Assembly: GCA_049325595.1 (NCBI GenBank)
Contig: JBMOLF010000012.1
Location: forward strand, 1 to 64,000
Length of the DNA stretch: 64,000 bases
Direction: 5' to 3'
Source: Candidatus Babelota bacterium
GTDB taxonomy: Bacteria > Babelota > Babeliae > Babelales > Vermiphilaceae
The first letter of the stretch is position 1; each line of letters begins with the position of its first letter. Below, piece by piece: positions 39,134 through 48,915 of this stretch. Both the position numbers and the translations under genes were made by a program. The notes below the pieces were generated by a model. It was not told the DNA's origin. It saw only the letters and a program-made list of their open reading frames with translations, and did not search any database.

Positions 39134-39888
39134 GTACGTTCCTTGTCGTGAGCAGATTCAGTTGAATTAATTTGTTCTAAAATTTGTTGGCGTGAGATGG
39201 TGTAGGCATTCATATAAAAAAGTGAAGAATAACGATAGTGAAAATAACCTTGATCAACCAATCCATATTTAAGGCTTTGAGTTTTAGGATTTTTAATTAC
39301 TTTTTGTGCATGAATGTTATCAATATTCGTAAGTAATGTAAGTCCGGTGCATTTTTTAAATTTTTTATGGGTAAATACAGCAGGTATAAATTGAGAAAAT
39401 AATTCGGTACTTAATTTTTGTCCTTGCCAATTACGTTTGAGCACCAAAGTTAGGTTGTAATTGTTCTTGTGTGCAGCACGTAAATTTTCATTTACATTCT
39501 TAAAAATTTTATGAAGACCAACAAACCCTATGGTTTGATGTGATGTTTTATCTTCAATCTTCCAGACATGCGCATAATGCTTCATGTTTATTATTTTTAA
39601 AAATAATAAAATTCTCATTTTATTGGGCCAATAATGTAAATCATTTTTAAATTTAGCGCTACTAATGCGGCGATGGAATAAATAGTAACGCAGTACGTCG
39701 TCATTACTCATAACATCAATTAAATCGTCAATATCTTTTGTTTGTGCGGGGCGTAAAAAGCAGCGCTTGGTTTCTAATTGATATAATTTATTAAAAGAGG
39801 GAATATGCAAGATTGAGGATGGCTCGTTGGTTTTTATGATTACATGTGAAAAAAAAATTACGGTTAAAAAAAGTTTTTTCATTACCAC
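39130..39888 (-). CDS. GNAT (RimJ/RimL-like) acetyltransferase with signal peptide
   Basis: LETKRCFLRP, IGFVGL, WQGQKLSTE, DNIHAQKV. Confidence 0.75.
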   Translation of the reverse strand: MVMKKLFLTVIFFSHVIIKTNEPSSILHIPSFNKLYQLETKRCFLRPAQTKDIDDLIDVMSNDDVLRYYLFHRRISSAKFKNDLHYWPNKMRILLFLKIINMKHYAHVWKIEDKTSHQTIGFVGLHKIFKNVNENLRAAHKNNYNLTLVLKRNWQGQKLSTELFSQFIPAVFTHKKFKKCTGLTLLTNIDNIHAQKVIKNPKTQSLKYGLVDQGYFHYRYSSLFYMNAYTISRQQILEQINSTESAHDKERT

Positions 39889-39905
39889 CCTCTTTTTTAA
39901 AAGGT

Positions 39906-40394
39906 TTAAAATAACATAAGCCCTGCCATTACAGCCATAAGCAAATCTTCGCCTAAGGTAACATAGGTCATAGGAATATTAAAGAGGGCACCTAAGCATG
40001 CGCATTGGATAGTTTCACGTTTTTGTAGTTTTTTATATACCCCAATGCTTCCTATTGCCATAAGAATCAACGTAATTAATGACATAGCTTTTACCTGCCA
40101 ATTCATTATGAATGCTATACCCAAAGCGAGCTCAATAAATGGATAAAGATATCCCCACAAAGGGAATCGCTGGGTAATTATATCGTATTCGCGATAAGCA
40201 CGTGCAAATGCTTTGGTATTAATTGCTTTAAATCCACCAAAAACTAAAAAGAAAATCCCCATAAAATCGGTCATAGCGCCATGAATAGAAAAACCACGCA
40301 GCCATTGAACTACTATAGTCAATATAACCACTAAACTACCAATTATAATAAGAGGAAGAAATTTACGTAAAGACGTAGGTTTATTTGTGTACAT
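39906..40394 (-). CDS. MauE/DoxX-like membrane protein
   Basis: FMGIFFLVFGGFK, YPFIELALG, CACLG, EDLLM. Confidence 0.75.
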   Translation of the reverse strand: MYTNKPTSLRKFLPLIIIGSLVVILTIVVQWLRGFSIHGAMTDFMGIFFLVFGGFKAINTKAFARAYREYDIITQRFPLWGYLYPFIELALGIAFIMNWQVKAMSLITLILMAIGSIGVYKKLQKRETIQCACLGALFNIPMTYVTLGEDLLMAVMAGLMLF

Positions 40395-40466
40395 ACTTGC
40401 CTTTCATTTTTTTACCACGATACACTTGCTAGTATATAGTAAGTGTCAAGTAGCAAAGGAGTTTTT

Positions 40467-40820
40467 ATGGCGGTGAAACTAAATAAATTAGCCGTTGAGC
40501 ATGCAAAAAAATTAATAAAGGGGAAATTAGAGGTTGCAAAGCATCATTCAGATTGGTCAGAAGATAAGCCGACTCAAGATGAAGTGGTAAAATATTTAAA
40601 CACTCACGATATCCAAGATTACGCCTTGTGGTTTTTAGGAATTAATACTGATTTTCCAGAAGAATCAAAAGAGCGGTATGATTATCCAACTGGTGATTTA
40701 AAAATTATTCACATAAGTGCGTTAAAAGATTCTTTAAAACACGCGCGCCATCATGGTCATACAGAAATTGAAAACGCAGCAAAAGAATTAATTAATTTGA
40801 TCGAAACTACCATAAAATAA
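40467..40820 (+). CDS. hypothetical cytoplasmic protein
   Basis: AGGAG RBS, MAVKLN start; resembles a conserved hypothetical family (from memory). Confidence 0.7.
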   Translation: MAVKLNKLAVEHAKKLIKGKLEVAKHHSDWSEDKPTQDEVVKYLNTHDIQDYALWFLGINTDFPEESKERYDYPTGDLKIIHISALKDSLKHARHHGHTEIENAAKELINLIETTIK

Positions 40821-40825
40821 ATTTT

Positions 40826-41518
40826 ATGAAGTTTTGGCAACGCATTTATTTTACGATTCGTACTTTTTTTAAATTGCTTCATGTTAATTTTCAAATGTTA
40901 TGTGGGTCGTATCGCATATTTGCACTTCCAGGACCGATTGTAACTATTTTTGGTGGATCACGTTTTGGGCAAGACATTGTTTATGCAAAAAAAGCGCATG
41001 ATCTTGCCCATCGATTTGCTGAAAGTGGTATATCAGTATTAACTGGCGGTGGCTCGGGCATTATGCAGGCGGCAAGCTGTGGTGCACGTATTCATCAATG
41101 TGAAAAAGGAAAAACATTAGGTATTGGGGTAACCACTTTGCATGAGCCAAAAAATGAATGTTTAAGTGATTATTTTCAAGTTGATTACTTTTATGCACGT
41201 AAATGGTTGCTCACTCAATACTCTAGCGCGTTTGTCGTATTTCCTGGGGGATTTGGCACAATAGATGAGCTTGGTGAAGTACTTACTTTAATTCAAACGG
41301 GTACCTTAAAGCGCACACCAATCGTATTAATTGGACGAGAATATTGGCAACCTTTTATGAATTGGGTCATCAGTGAAGCATTGCCGCATAAACTTATTGC
41401 GCCTGAAGATTTAGGATTATTTACTATAACCGATGATCTTACCGAGGCTTTTTGTTTGGTGGAAGACAAATGCAAAATTGAGCTTAATGGAATCATTAAA
41501 AAGAAGGACATCAGGTAA
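40826..41518 (+). CDS. LOG family (nucleotide phosphoribohydrolase) protein
   Basis: VTIFGGSR, TGGGSGIM, PGGFGTIDE. Confidence 0.9.
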   Translation: MKFWQRIYFTIRTFFKLLHVNFQMLCGSYRIFALPGPIVTIFGGSRFGQDIVYAKKAHDLAHRFAESGISVLTGGGSGIMQAASCGARIHQCEKGKTLGIGVTTLHEPKNECLSDYFQVDYFYARKWLLTQYSSAFVVFPGGFGTIDELGEVLTLIQTGTLKRTPIVLIGREYWQPFMNWVISEALPHKLIAPEDLGLFTITDDLTEAFCLVEDKCKIELNGIIKKKDIR

Positions 41519-42177
41519 TGGCGCGCTGGACTCGATCAGACTTAGTATTGTTTGGTGCTTATATCAAGGCTGGTTGGCAGGTGATGCGAGCAGCAATTCT
41601 TATGCGGGCTACGCTAAAAAAGAAGGTGGTTACTATTTTTGGCGGAGCTCAAGTAAAGGGTGATGATACTTATCATAGTCAAGCTTTTGAAATTGCAAAA
41701 CAGTTGGCCGAACAGGAATATTCGATTTTGACTGGTGGCGGGCCAGGGGTGATGGAAGCAGCTAATTGCGGTGCTGACGCGGGCGAACGAAAAACAAAAA
41801 GCACTGCTAATTTGGGAATTGGCGTTGCAGGTGTTGATGAAGATTTTGAAAATAAATGCGGTAGCTTTATACGGGTAAACCAATTTTTTGGCCGTAAATG
41901 GCTACTCATTCGGTATTCAGTTGCTGCTATAGTTTTTCCTGGTGGTATAGGAACCGCGGATGAGCTTTTTGAACTGCTCAATGCACTCAAACACCACCAG
42001 ATAAACCATATCCCCGTAATTTTAGTAGGTGCTGATTTTTGGCAACCATTGATCAATTGGTATAATAACTCCTTACAAACTGGTTATATTGCAAAGGAGA
42101 ATGCTCATCTGCTTCGAGTAGTCGATGATACTGCTGAAATACTAAAAATAATTACTCATGCTACGACCAAGCATTGA
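41518..42177 (+). CDS. LOG family protein, second copy
   Basis: VTIFGGA, TGGGPGVMEAAN, PGGIGTADE. Confidence 0.9.
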   Translation: MARWTRSDLVLFGAYIKAGWQVMRAAILMRATLKKKVVTIFGGAQVKGDDTYHSQAFEIAKQLAEQEYSILTGGGPGVMEAANCGADAGERKTKSTANLGIGVAGVDEDFENKCGSFIRVNQFFGRKWLLIRYSVAAIVFPGGIGTADELFELLNALKHHQINHIPVILVGADFWQPLINWYNNSLQTGYIAKENAHLLRVVDDTAEILKIITHATTKH

Positions 42178-42182
42178 TTATG

Positions 42183-43520
42183 TTATTTTTTTACTGATCC
42201 AATTACATATCCAATTGCAGATACTATCAAACAAATAAGCTCACGAGGAAAAGCTGTTGGATAGATATTAAGAATAATAAAGGTGACAAATCCTGCTACA
42301 ATACTTAGATAAGCAGCTTGCTTTTTAACGTCTTTTTTAAAGTAACAAACAAGTAAAGAAATTAATAAACAACTTACTGAAAGTTCGTAACTGTTAATAA
42401 TCATACCAATAATATCTTGTGGTACTACATACGATGCACCAAGAGCAGCAAGGCCTATTAAAAGGGTAGTGATTTTGGAAGTAGCAAGTCCACTGAAACC
42501 TGGCAAAATAATATTAAAATCTTGGGTAATGTTTGCACTAATGCCATTGAGTAGCGCATCGGCAGTAGAAATAATGGCAGCTACAATTGCGCATAAGGCA
42601 AGCGCAACTATTGATCCAGAAATAGTATTATCAAGAAAAATAATAAGCGGATTACCATTGGCACTATCAAAACCTAGTAATTTGGTTGCCATACCAAAAT
42701 ATACGGGAATGCAGGCAAATAAGATTAAAAAGATACCTGCATAGAGTGCCGAAACCGTAGCAACTTTTTGGCTGCGTGACGCAAAAAAACGTTGTGCTAA
42801 ATCTTGTTGAAAGAGTGAAAATAAAGCAGGCATTAAAATAATTGAGAGCAAGCTAGTTTGCGTTGGTTGATTGGCAAATAGTATTGGTTGGTTATTAATC
42901 ATTTGAGTAAATAAGCCAGGATTTGCAAAAATACTGTAAACAAAAATACCACCAAAAATAACGGTGATTAGTGCCAATTGAATCATATCATTAATCGTAA
43001 TTGCCCGTAGCCCCCCTATCATCGTGTAACCAATTACTGATAACCAAAAAGGAATAATCAGCCAGAACGTCTCAAACCCAAGACCCGCAATGAGTGATTT
43101 AGTGCCAATAACTTGCGCCACTAAAATGCCAAAAAAGGTGATAATAGAAAGTAACGATGCAATTTTTTTAAGTGCGGCTGATTGATATTGGGTTTCAAAT
43201 AGTTGTGCAGTTGTGGTCACTTTAAATTGCTGCAAGCGTGAGGCAATGCCGGTTGCCAAAAGTAAAAAGCCAATACTCATCCCAAGTGTGTAAAAAATGC
43301 CATAAAATCCAATTGAGTAGGCAGTAGCAGCAGTACCCAATAATAAACCACCACCAAGTTGAGTTGCAATAAGGTTACAGGTAACTTGCATTACCCCGAG
43401 TGAGCGACCAGCAAGATAATAATCGGAAGCGGTTTTAACTTTGCGTGAAGCGCGAATACCTAAAATAAAATATAACGTAGCTAAAGCAGTAAAAAAGAAA
43501 AGAAATAAAGAAATATTCAT
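42183..43520 (-). CDS. sodium:solute symporter family transporter
   Basis: DYYLAGRSLG, YTMIGGLRA, QRFFAS, AAIISTAD; many TMs. Confidence 0.92.
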   Translation of the reverse strand: MNISLFLFFFTALATLYFILGIRASRKVKTASDYYLAGRSLGVMQVTCNLIATQLGGGLLLGTAATAYSIGFYGIFYTLGMSIGFLLLATGIASRLQQFKVTTTAQLFETQYQSAALKKIASLLSIITFFGILVAQVIGTKSLIAGLGFETFWLIIPFWLSVIGYTMIGGLRAITINDMIQLALITVIFGGIFVYSIFANPGLFTQMINNQPILFANQPTQTSLLSIILMPALFSLFQQDLAQRFFASRSQKVATVSALYAGIFLILFACIPVYFGMATKLLGFDSANGNPLIIFLDNTISGSIVALALCAIVAAIISTADALLNGISANITQDFNIILPGFSGLATSKITTLLIGLAALGASYVVPQDIIGMIINSYELSVSCLLISLLVCYFKKDVKKQAAYLSIVAGFVTFIILNIYPTAFPRELICLIVSAIGYVIGSVKK

Positions 43521-43588
43521 GACATCCTCAAAAATTCATAACAAAAAAAGAGTACCAACAAGATAAAGGTAAAAAATAGGGAAGACAA

Positions 43589-43675
43589 TTAGGAATGATG
43601 ATGTCGATGATGAGCACCACTATATGCAAAGAAGTGGATTGAGGTGGAAGTGATAAAAATAGCATTGAGCTGCAT
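43589..43675 (-). CDS. putative His-rich leader peptide (28 aa)
   Basis: GGAG RBS; MQLNAIFITSTSIHFFAYSGAHHRHHHS*; stop 68 nt upstream of symporter ATG. Confidence 0.75.
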   Translation of the reverse strand: MQLNAIFITSTSIHFFAYSGAHHRHHHS

Positions 43676-43714
43676 AAGTGCTCCGTTAATTAATAATAAA
43701 CTCATCATGTAATG

Positions 43715-43743
43715 AGAATAGCCTAAAACATCTATGCAGACAA
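43715..43743 (-). promoter_or_regulatory. putative sigma70 promoter for leader-symporter transcript
   Basis: TTGTCT-17nt-TATTCT on minus strand, 40 nt upstream of leader ATG. Confidence 0.5.
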
Positions 43744-43756
43744 GTTAAAAAATGTT

Positions 43757-44398
43757 TTAAGCCGCTGAAGCTTGTTTAAGAGGTGCTTGTTGAAGTTGTT
43801 TTAATAAATAATCAAATGAATTTTTAAGCGTCATATGATGTTTTTTATTCTCTTCTAAAATTTTTTTTACTTCAGACTCAACTTCTTTAACTGCAGCAAA
43901 CCAGCTTGTTTTATTTGATTTCATTTTTTCTTCAGCATGATCGTAGCAATCTTGCAAGGCAAATTGAGCGGCGGTCTTTATAGAGCTATACATTTTGCTG
44001 TTACCTTGGAGTAAGAGGACTATATTTTTTAATTTACTATCCAGAATATATTTATTTTGCGCAAGACCTTGAAGTTCAGCAATAACTGCTTGTTGAATGT
44101 AAATGGTATATTGCAAGTCTCTCATGCGAGACCGCAAGGTTTCAGCTTTTATTACTTTATCACAATATTTAGTGATTTCTGATATTGTTGAGAAAGTTCG
44201 TAAGGCATGTTGTTTGTTGATGAATGATGGAGTACCAACAGTAATGCCATTTTTTTTGTATACCGTATGTCGCACGATTGCAGAAATACGGTTATTAATT
44301 TGACTTAAAAAGACATTAATAGAATCATGCAATTTTTCCATGGCAATTATAGGAGCGCTTACTATAAAAATAAAAGCACAGAAGAAAAATTGCTTCAC
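43757..44398 (-). CDS. secreted helical hypothetical protein
   Basis: Likely GTG start at 44398 with AAGGAG RBS; signal peptide ending IIA-MEK. Confidence 0.65.
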   Translation of the reverse strand: MKQFFFCAFIFIVSAPIIAMEKLHDSINVFLSQINNRISAIVRHTVYKKNGITVGTPSFINKQHALRTFSTISEITKYCDKVIKAETLRSRMRDLQYTIYIQQAVIAELQGLAQNKYILDSKLKNIVLLLQGNSKMYSSIKTAAQFALQDCYDHAEEKMKSNKTSWFAAVKEVESEVKKILEENKKHHMTLKNSFDYLLKQLQQAPLKQASAA

Positions 44399-44489
44399 AG
44401 TTGGCTCCTTCGAATTGTTATATAAAATTTTGGCCATTAATAATTTTATGTTCGGCAGTCTAGTATCATTGCAAAAAAATCAATGAAAT

Positions 44490-44522
44490 AAAAGAGCCAA
44501 TGATTATACCATTGGCTCTTTT
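44490..44522. terminator. intrinsic terminator
   Basis: AAAAGAGCCAATG-7nt-CATTGGCTCTTTT. Confidence 0.8.
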
Positions 44523-44528
44523 TAATTC

Positions 44529-45317
44529 TTATGCTTGAACGGGTTGAACAGGTGGATGTTTTACTGCAAATTGCATTTCCTCTAATTGTTCTTTGAATTT
44601 GCGATGTTGTTGTGCATTTTCAAATTGTTTTAGTCGTAATTTTAAATGAATATTAGTTATAGTTTCTTTGTAATTATTTGTATTTTTATCTATCAAATCT
44701 ACAACTTTTTTTACTTCTTTATCGAGCTGCGCTTTGCATTTTGTTACAAATTCTTTATTGCCGAATCGATGATGTGGCGGTAAAAAAATTTCTATATCAG
44801 AATAAAGATTATTTAATGAGATTAAAAAATCATCAAAATTAGAAATATTTTTTGATGACAAGTTATTTAAAACGCCATTAAGGGTATATTCTATATCCAA
44901 TTTTTCAGATAATCTTTCTACTTCTATTGTTATTTCTTCTTCAGTAAGCGATCGTGATGATGTTAAATTCTGATCACGGCTTTCTTTTTTTAATTGTGCA
45001 AGTTGATTATTAATCGATTTTTGTTTAAGTATTCGTGAAGTCGTTAAAAGAATTAAAAATACTGCTGCTCCACCGCATACAGTTATTTTTTCTTTTGTTG
45101 TGTAATTATCATTGCGAATTGTTAGCTCAACTAATCTATTCATTCCGTTATTTAAAAATGAACCTATTGAGCTTAGCTTTTCACTGACTTTATCTTTATC
45201 AATAAAAGATGGATTAGTGATACGCTCAGAAAAATTGTTTAATTTTTCTTTGAATTTATCCATTGGTTGTATGGCATTAAAAGTTAATGCTACTAATAAA
45301 AGAATATGATAGCGCAT
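44529..45317 (-). CDS. secreted/membrane coiled-coil hypothetical protein
   Basis: Signal peptide, one internal TM, helical C-terminus. Confidence 0.65.
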   Translation of the reverse strand: MRYHILLLVALTFNAIQPMDKFKEKLNNFSERITNPSFIDKDKVSEKLSSIGSFLNNGMNRLVELTIRNDNYTTKEKITVCGGAAVFLILLTTSRILKQKSINNQLAQLKKESRDQNLTSSRSLTEEEITIEVERLSEKLDIEYTLNGVLNNLSSKNISNFDDFLISLNNLYSDIEIFLPPHHRFGNKEFVTKCKAQLDKEVKKVVDLIDKNTNNYKETITNIHLKLRLKQFENAQQHRKFKEQLEEMQFAVKHPPVQPVQA

Positions 45318-45412
45318 GCTGTCCTTCCAATTCTGTATTTAATGCAAAGGTTTAAAAAGATGGTAATTGATGGATACTATAAGCAAATTATGCAAATTGT
45401 CCATAAAATTGA

Positions 45413-47266
45413 TTAAATGGTTTCAACTTCTCGGGTTACAATAATAGTGTCTGAAATCATGCTCATCTGCCCATCACGATAATTTGCTACCGCTTGTACT
45501 TGATTATCACCTTCAGCAAGTCCGGTTACGCCAGAAATTATCCATGCATCAAGTCCGGGGATGGTGGTAGTAGTGCCGAGCAGCACACCTGTTGGTCCGC
45601 TATAAAACAATGCTATGTTTGAAGGATTTGGTGCGGTACCCATAAATGCAGGTCCGGAAAGACCGGTGGTAAAAACGATAGCGCCATTTGTCGGATCGGT
45701 AATCGTAACTGGTGTTAAAGGATTGTTGTTAATATAGCGCGCTAATCCAAATAATGACCCGTTTGAAAGTAATGGTTTAGTTCCCCCGGCTACTACAATT
45801 CTGCTATCTGGTTGCAAGGCGACGGCATTAATGTGGTCGTTAGTGCCAAAAATAGGGGTAAGTACAAATCCGTCAATAACTGCTGGATTACCGCCATCAA
45901 AATTAGGAGCAATAGGAAATCCTGGAGAAGTAGAAAAATTATTCACATCGATTTGGGGTAGGATATTAAAATCAGGAATTATAAATGGATTGGTAAGATC
46001 TGGCACTGGTACAAAAACTGGATTTGACAACGTAGGTGGATTAAATGAAACAGTATCAAGCGTGCCGCTCGGGGTAAAACGAGCTACTAAAAATTTTTGA
46101 TCGACTCCTTCGATTCCATTTGATCCACATGCTAAAATTTTACCATCAGCCTGCAACGCCATGCTTGTTAAAATGTTCTCGGTATTAGTTAGGGCAATTA
46201 CCAATGTCCCAACTTCGTTAAAAGTGGGATCGAGTGAACCATCATCTAAAAAACGTGCCAATGCAAAATCAGTACCAATGCCATTTTGATTGGTAGTGCC
46301 ACCGGCAATAATAGCCCCATCAGGTTGAATGAGCAATGCACGTAAAATATTATTACTGCCGTCAAAAAATAGACTCAATGTTCCTGGTATGGTACCTAAG
46401 GGATTGAATGTGACATCAAGTGCGCCGGTTGTCGTGAGACGCGCTAAGGCAAAACCAGTAGTGCCGGTAGCATCAGTTGTTATGCCACCAACAACAATTC
46501 GATTTAATTGATCGAGTGCTACTGCAAATGCGCGGTCTTGAGAACCAGTGCTAAATGAAGGTAAAATAACTTGCCCTCCAGTACCAAATGTTGTATCAAG
46601 AGTCCCATCGGGATTATAACGAGCAAGGGCAAAAAAGGCTTGGCTCAATGCATCGATAGTTGTTCCGGCTAAAATAATACGACCATCATCTTGCAAAACC
46701 ATTGCACGTGCTATGTCGTTAGAATTAGTAGAAAATGAAGGAGTTATAACCAGTCCATCACTGCCAATAGTTGATACATAACTGCCATCTTTTTGATAAA
46801 AAGCTAAGGCAAATTGATAATTTTGGTTAACATTGGTAAATCCACCGGCAACAATAATGGTATTAGGCTGTACATTTAAGCAGGTAGATTGGTCATCAGT
46901 CCCGCCAAAATTGGTAATAACTTGACCAGGAAATAAAAGAGTACCTGACTGAGAAAAAGTACGATCCAACACACCATTTGGTGAAAATCGTGCTAAAGCA
47001 AAAGAATTAGGACCGGTTTGGCTACTATTAAACGAACTACCTGATGTAAGAATGTTGCCATCGTTTTGTATGTATATGGCGTTTGCATTACTTGAGCTAA
47101 AAAAACCAAAGTCGGTTGTGATAGTACCAGCATTAAAATTAAATGCACCAAACTCAACATCAGGATCCCCATCTTCAGGGAAGGGAAGTAAATTCACATC
47201 ACCGGTTGCCATGCCTTGTAATGACAGTGAATAAAAGCACAAAAAAAACATACATAATTTTTTCAT
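45413..47266 (-). CDS. delta-60 repeat (DUF5122-like) beta-propeller surface protein
   Basis: Repeats of QxDGxIxxxG...FALARxxxDGxLDxTF; signal peptide; Ig-like C-terminus. Confidence 0.85.
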   Translation of the reverse strand: MKKLCMFFLCFYSLSLQGMATGDVNLLPFPEDGDPDVEFGAFNFNAGTITTDFGFFSSSNANAIYIQNDGNILTSGSSFNSSQTGPNSFALARFSPNGVLDRTFSQSGTLLFPGQVITNFGGTDDQSTCLNVQPNTIIVAGGFTNVNQNYQFALAFYQKDGSYVSTIGSDGLVITPSFSTNSNDIARAMVLQDDGRIILAGTTIDALSQAFFALARYNPDGTLDTTFGTGGQVILPSFSTGSQDRAFAVALDQLNRIVVGGITTDATGTTGFALARLTTTGALDVTFNPLGTIPGTLSLFFDGSNNILRALLIQPDGAIIAGGTTNQNGIGTDFALARFLDDGSLDPTFNEVGTLVIALTNTENILTSMALQADGKILACGSNGIEGVDQKFLVARFTPSGTLDTVSFNPPTLSNPVFVPVPDLTNPFIIPDFNILPQIDVNNFSTSPGFPIAPNFDGGNPAVIDGFVLTPIFGTNDHINAVALQPDSRIVVAGGTKPLLSNGSLFGLARYINNNPLTPVTITDPTNGAIVFTTGLSGPAFMGTAPNPSNIALFYSGPTGVLLGTTTTIPGLDAWIISGVTGLAEGDNQVQAVANYRDGQMSMISDTIIVTREVETI

Positions 47267-47318
47267 ACTATTCCTTTAAAAGAAGGTTATCAAAATTATG
47301 TATGAAGGAGCTATAGTA

Positions 47319-48701
47319 TTAGTTTCGTAATAATGCAGGACGTAATTTTTTAGAAAATTTTAAATCGCTGCAGACTGAACCAATAGCATAGCCAATCACT
47401 GCACTTGCAAGATGTACAAATTCTTTTTCTGTATATAGATATATGCAATTACCTATAATAAAGCTAATAAGGCCTGCACCAATAGCGCACCATGCAGCAA
47501 TTTTTTTTACTTCTTTTTTTACATAAGAAAAAAATAATGGAACAAGTAATATGCAGGTATACAATTCAAAGCTGACATTAAATATGCTGAGCAAATCAGT
47601 TGAGAAGAAATAGGAGACAATCATAATTAAAGAGCCATTTACCAGCGTAATAATTGATTTGCTATCAGGATGGGTAAATAAATTAAAGTCTTCTATCCAA
47701 TAAGTGCTAATGGCTAAAAACAGATAATCAAAGGTGGTAATTATTGCAATAATAATACCACAAAGTATAAAAATAACGGTCAAGTCGTTAGTAAGGTATT
47801 GTATCACCGGAATAATTGGGCTAAGGCCTGATGGAATTTCTAAATTAAGTAGGTGTGCTTGATAACAAAAATAAAGTGGGATTGATGAAAACAAAATCAT
47901 AAAGATTCCGGCACCACCGCTTGAAATTATTTGTGTGAAGCGAGACTTTTTTGAAAATAATGGATGAGTAACATCTTGTTCGCTAATACAATAAATTATA
48001 ATGTTTAAAAGACTCAATAACAAAGAAGCTAAATTAGTTTGAGAAAAAAAAGAAGTTAACTCCTGCTGTTTGAGAAAAAAAGTGATAGTGGTCCATGAAG
48101 GAGGTGCTTTAAAAAGACAATAGATAAAAGTTCCACCAAAAATGACACTAAAAAAACTTAATTGTACAAACGTTGATATGCCTAAGCGGGGCAAGCCGCC
48201 AATCGAGCAATAAAGAACAAGCAAAAACCACAGAATAATAAAAAAGAGTTCATTGGTGAATCCAAGTCCTTGCAAGAGAGATTTTGTAGCAATTAATTCA
48301 CCAACCAAAAAGGCATACATAATCATCGTAGAAAGACAGGAAGCTAATTTTTTAAGTGAAGGTGAATGATATTTTACCTCTAAAAATTGTGCGGAAGTGC
48401 TGCATTGTGCTGAACGTATACGTACTGCAAGGCCTCCTCCCAGTATTAAATAACCAATGCTAATGCCAATAATATAAAAAAGCCCGTAACAGGCTGTATA
48501 AAATGATTCATCTGAAGAGCTCAATAATAAGCTAGCACCTAACTCTGTTGCAATTAATGTTGCGGCAATTGATAAAAAACCCAAATGAGGAGATTGCTGG
48601 GGTTTATATTCAGTTTTTCTTTTTTTAAACCAGTCAAGAATTGGCAGCAAAATAATAAAAAGCCCGATGTTTACAAAAAGCATAGGAAGGTTCATAACCA
48701 T
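47319..48701 (-). CDS. divergent sodium:solute symporter paralog
   Basis: Collinear with 42183-43520 (LIATELG, LKKLAS, IGGL, SFELY, KKEVKK). Confidence 0.8.
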   Translation of the reverse strand: MVMNLPMLFVNIGLFIILLPILDWFKKRKTEYKPQQSPHLGFLSIAATLIATELGASLLLSSSDESFYTACYGLFYIIGISIGYLILGGGLAVRIRSAQCSTSAQFLEVKYHSPSLKKLASCLSTMIMYAFLVGELIATKSLLQGLGFTNELFFIILWFLLVLYCSIGGLPRLGISTFVQLSFFSVIFGGTFIYCLFKAPPSWTTITFFLKQQELTSFFSQTNLASLLLSLLNIIIYCISEQDVTHPLFSKKSRFTQIISSGGAGIFMILFSSIPLYFCYQAHLLNLEIPSGLSPIIPVIQYLTNDLTVIFILCGIIIAIITTFDYLFLAISTYWIEDFNLFTHPDSKSIITLVNGSLIMIVSYFFSTDLLSIFNVSFELYTCILLVPLFFSYVKKEVKKIAAWCAIGAGLISFIIGNCIYLYTEKEFVHLASAVIGYAIGSVCSDLKFSKKLRPALLRN

Positions 48702-48869
48702 AGTGCTCCTTGGAAAAGGGATTTATTGTGTGGAATAAAAAAAGAAAAATGAAAAATTAGAGATGATAAAAGAGAAAAAACAAGTCGTTTAAAATGGCCC
48801 GAGGGAGGTTCCTCAATAAGTATTTCCTTGATCATATAACTCCACTAGATAGAAATACAATTAATAAAA

Positions 48870-48903
48870 GTTTTTATAAGGTAATAAAAACCTTATAAAA
48901 AAC
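48870..48903. terminator. AT-rich inverted repeat (terminator or operator)
   Basis: TTTTTATAAGG-9nt-CCTTATAAAAA downstream of HAD gene. Confidence 0.4.
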
Positions 48904-48915
48904 AAGAGATTTTTT

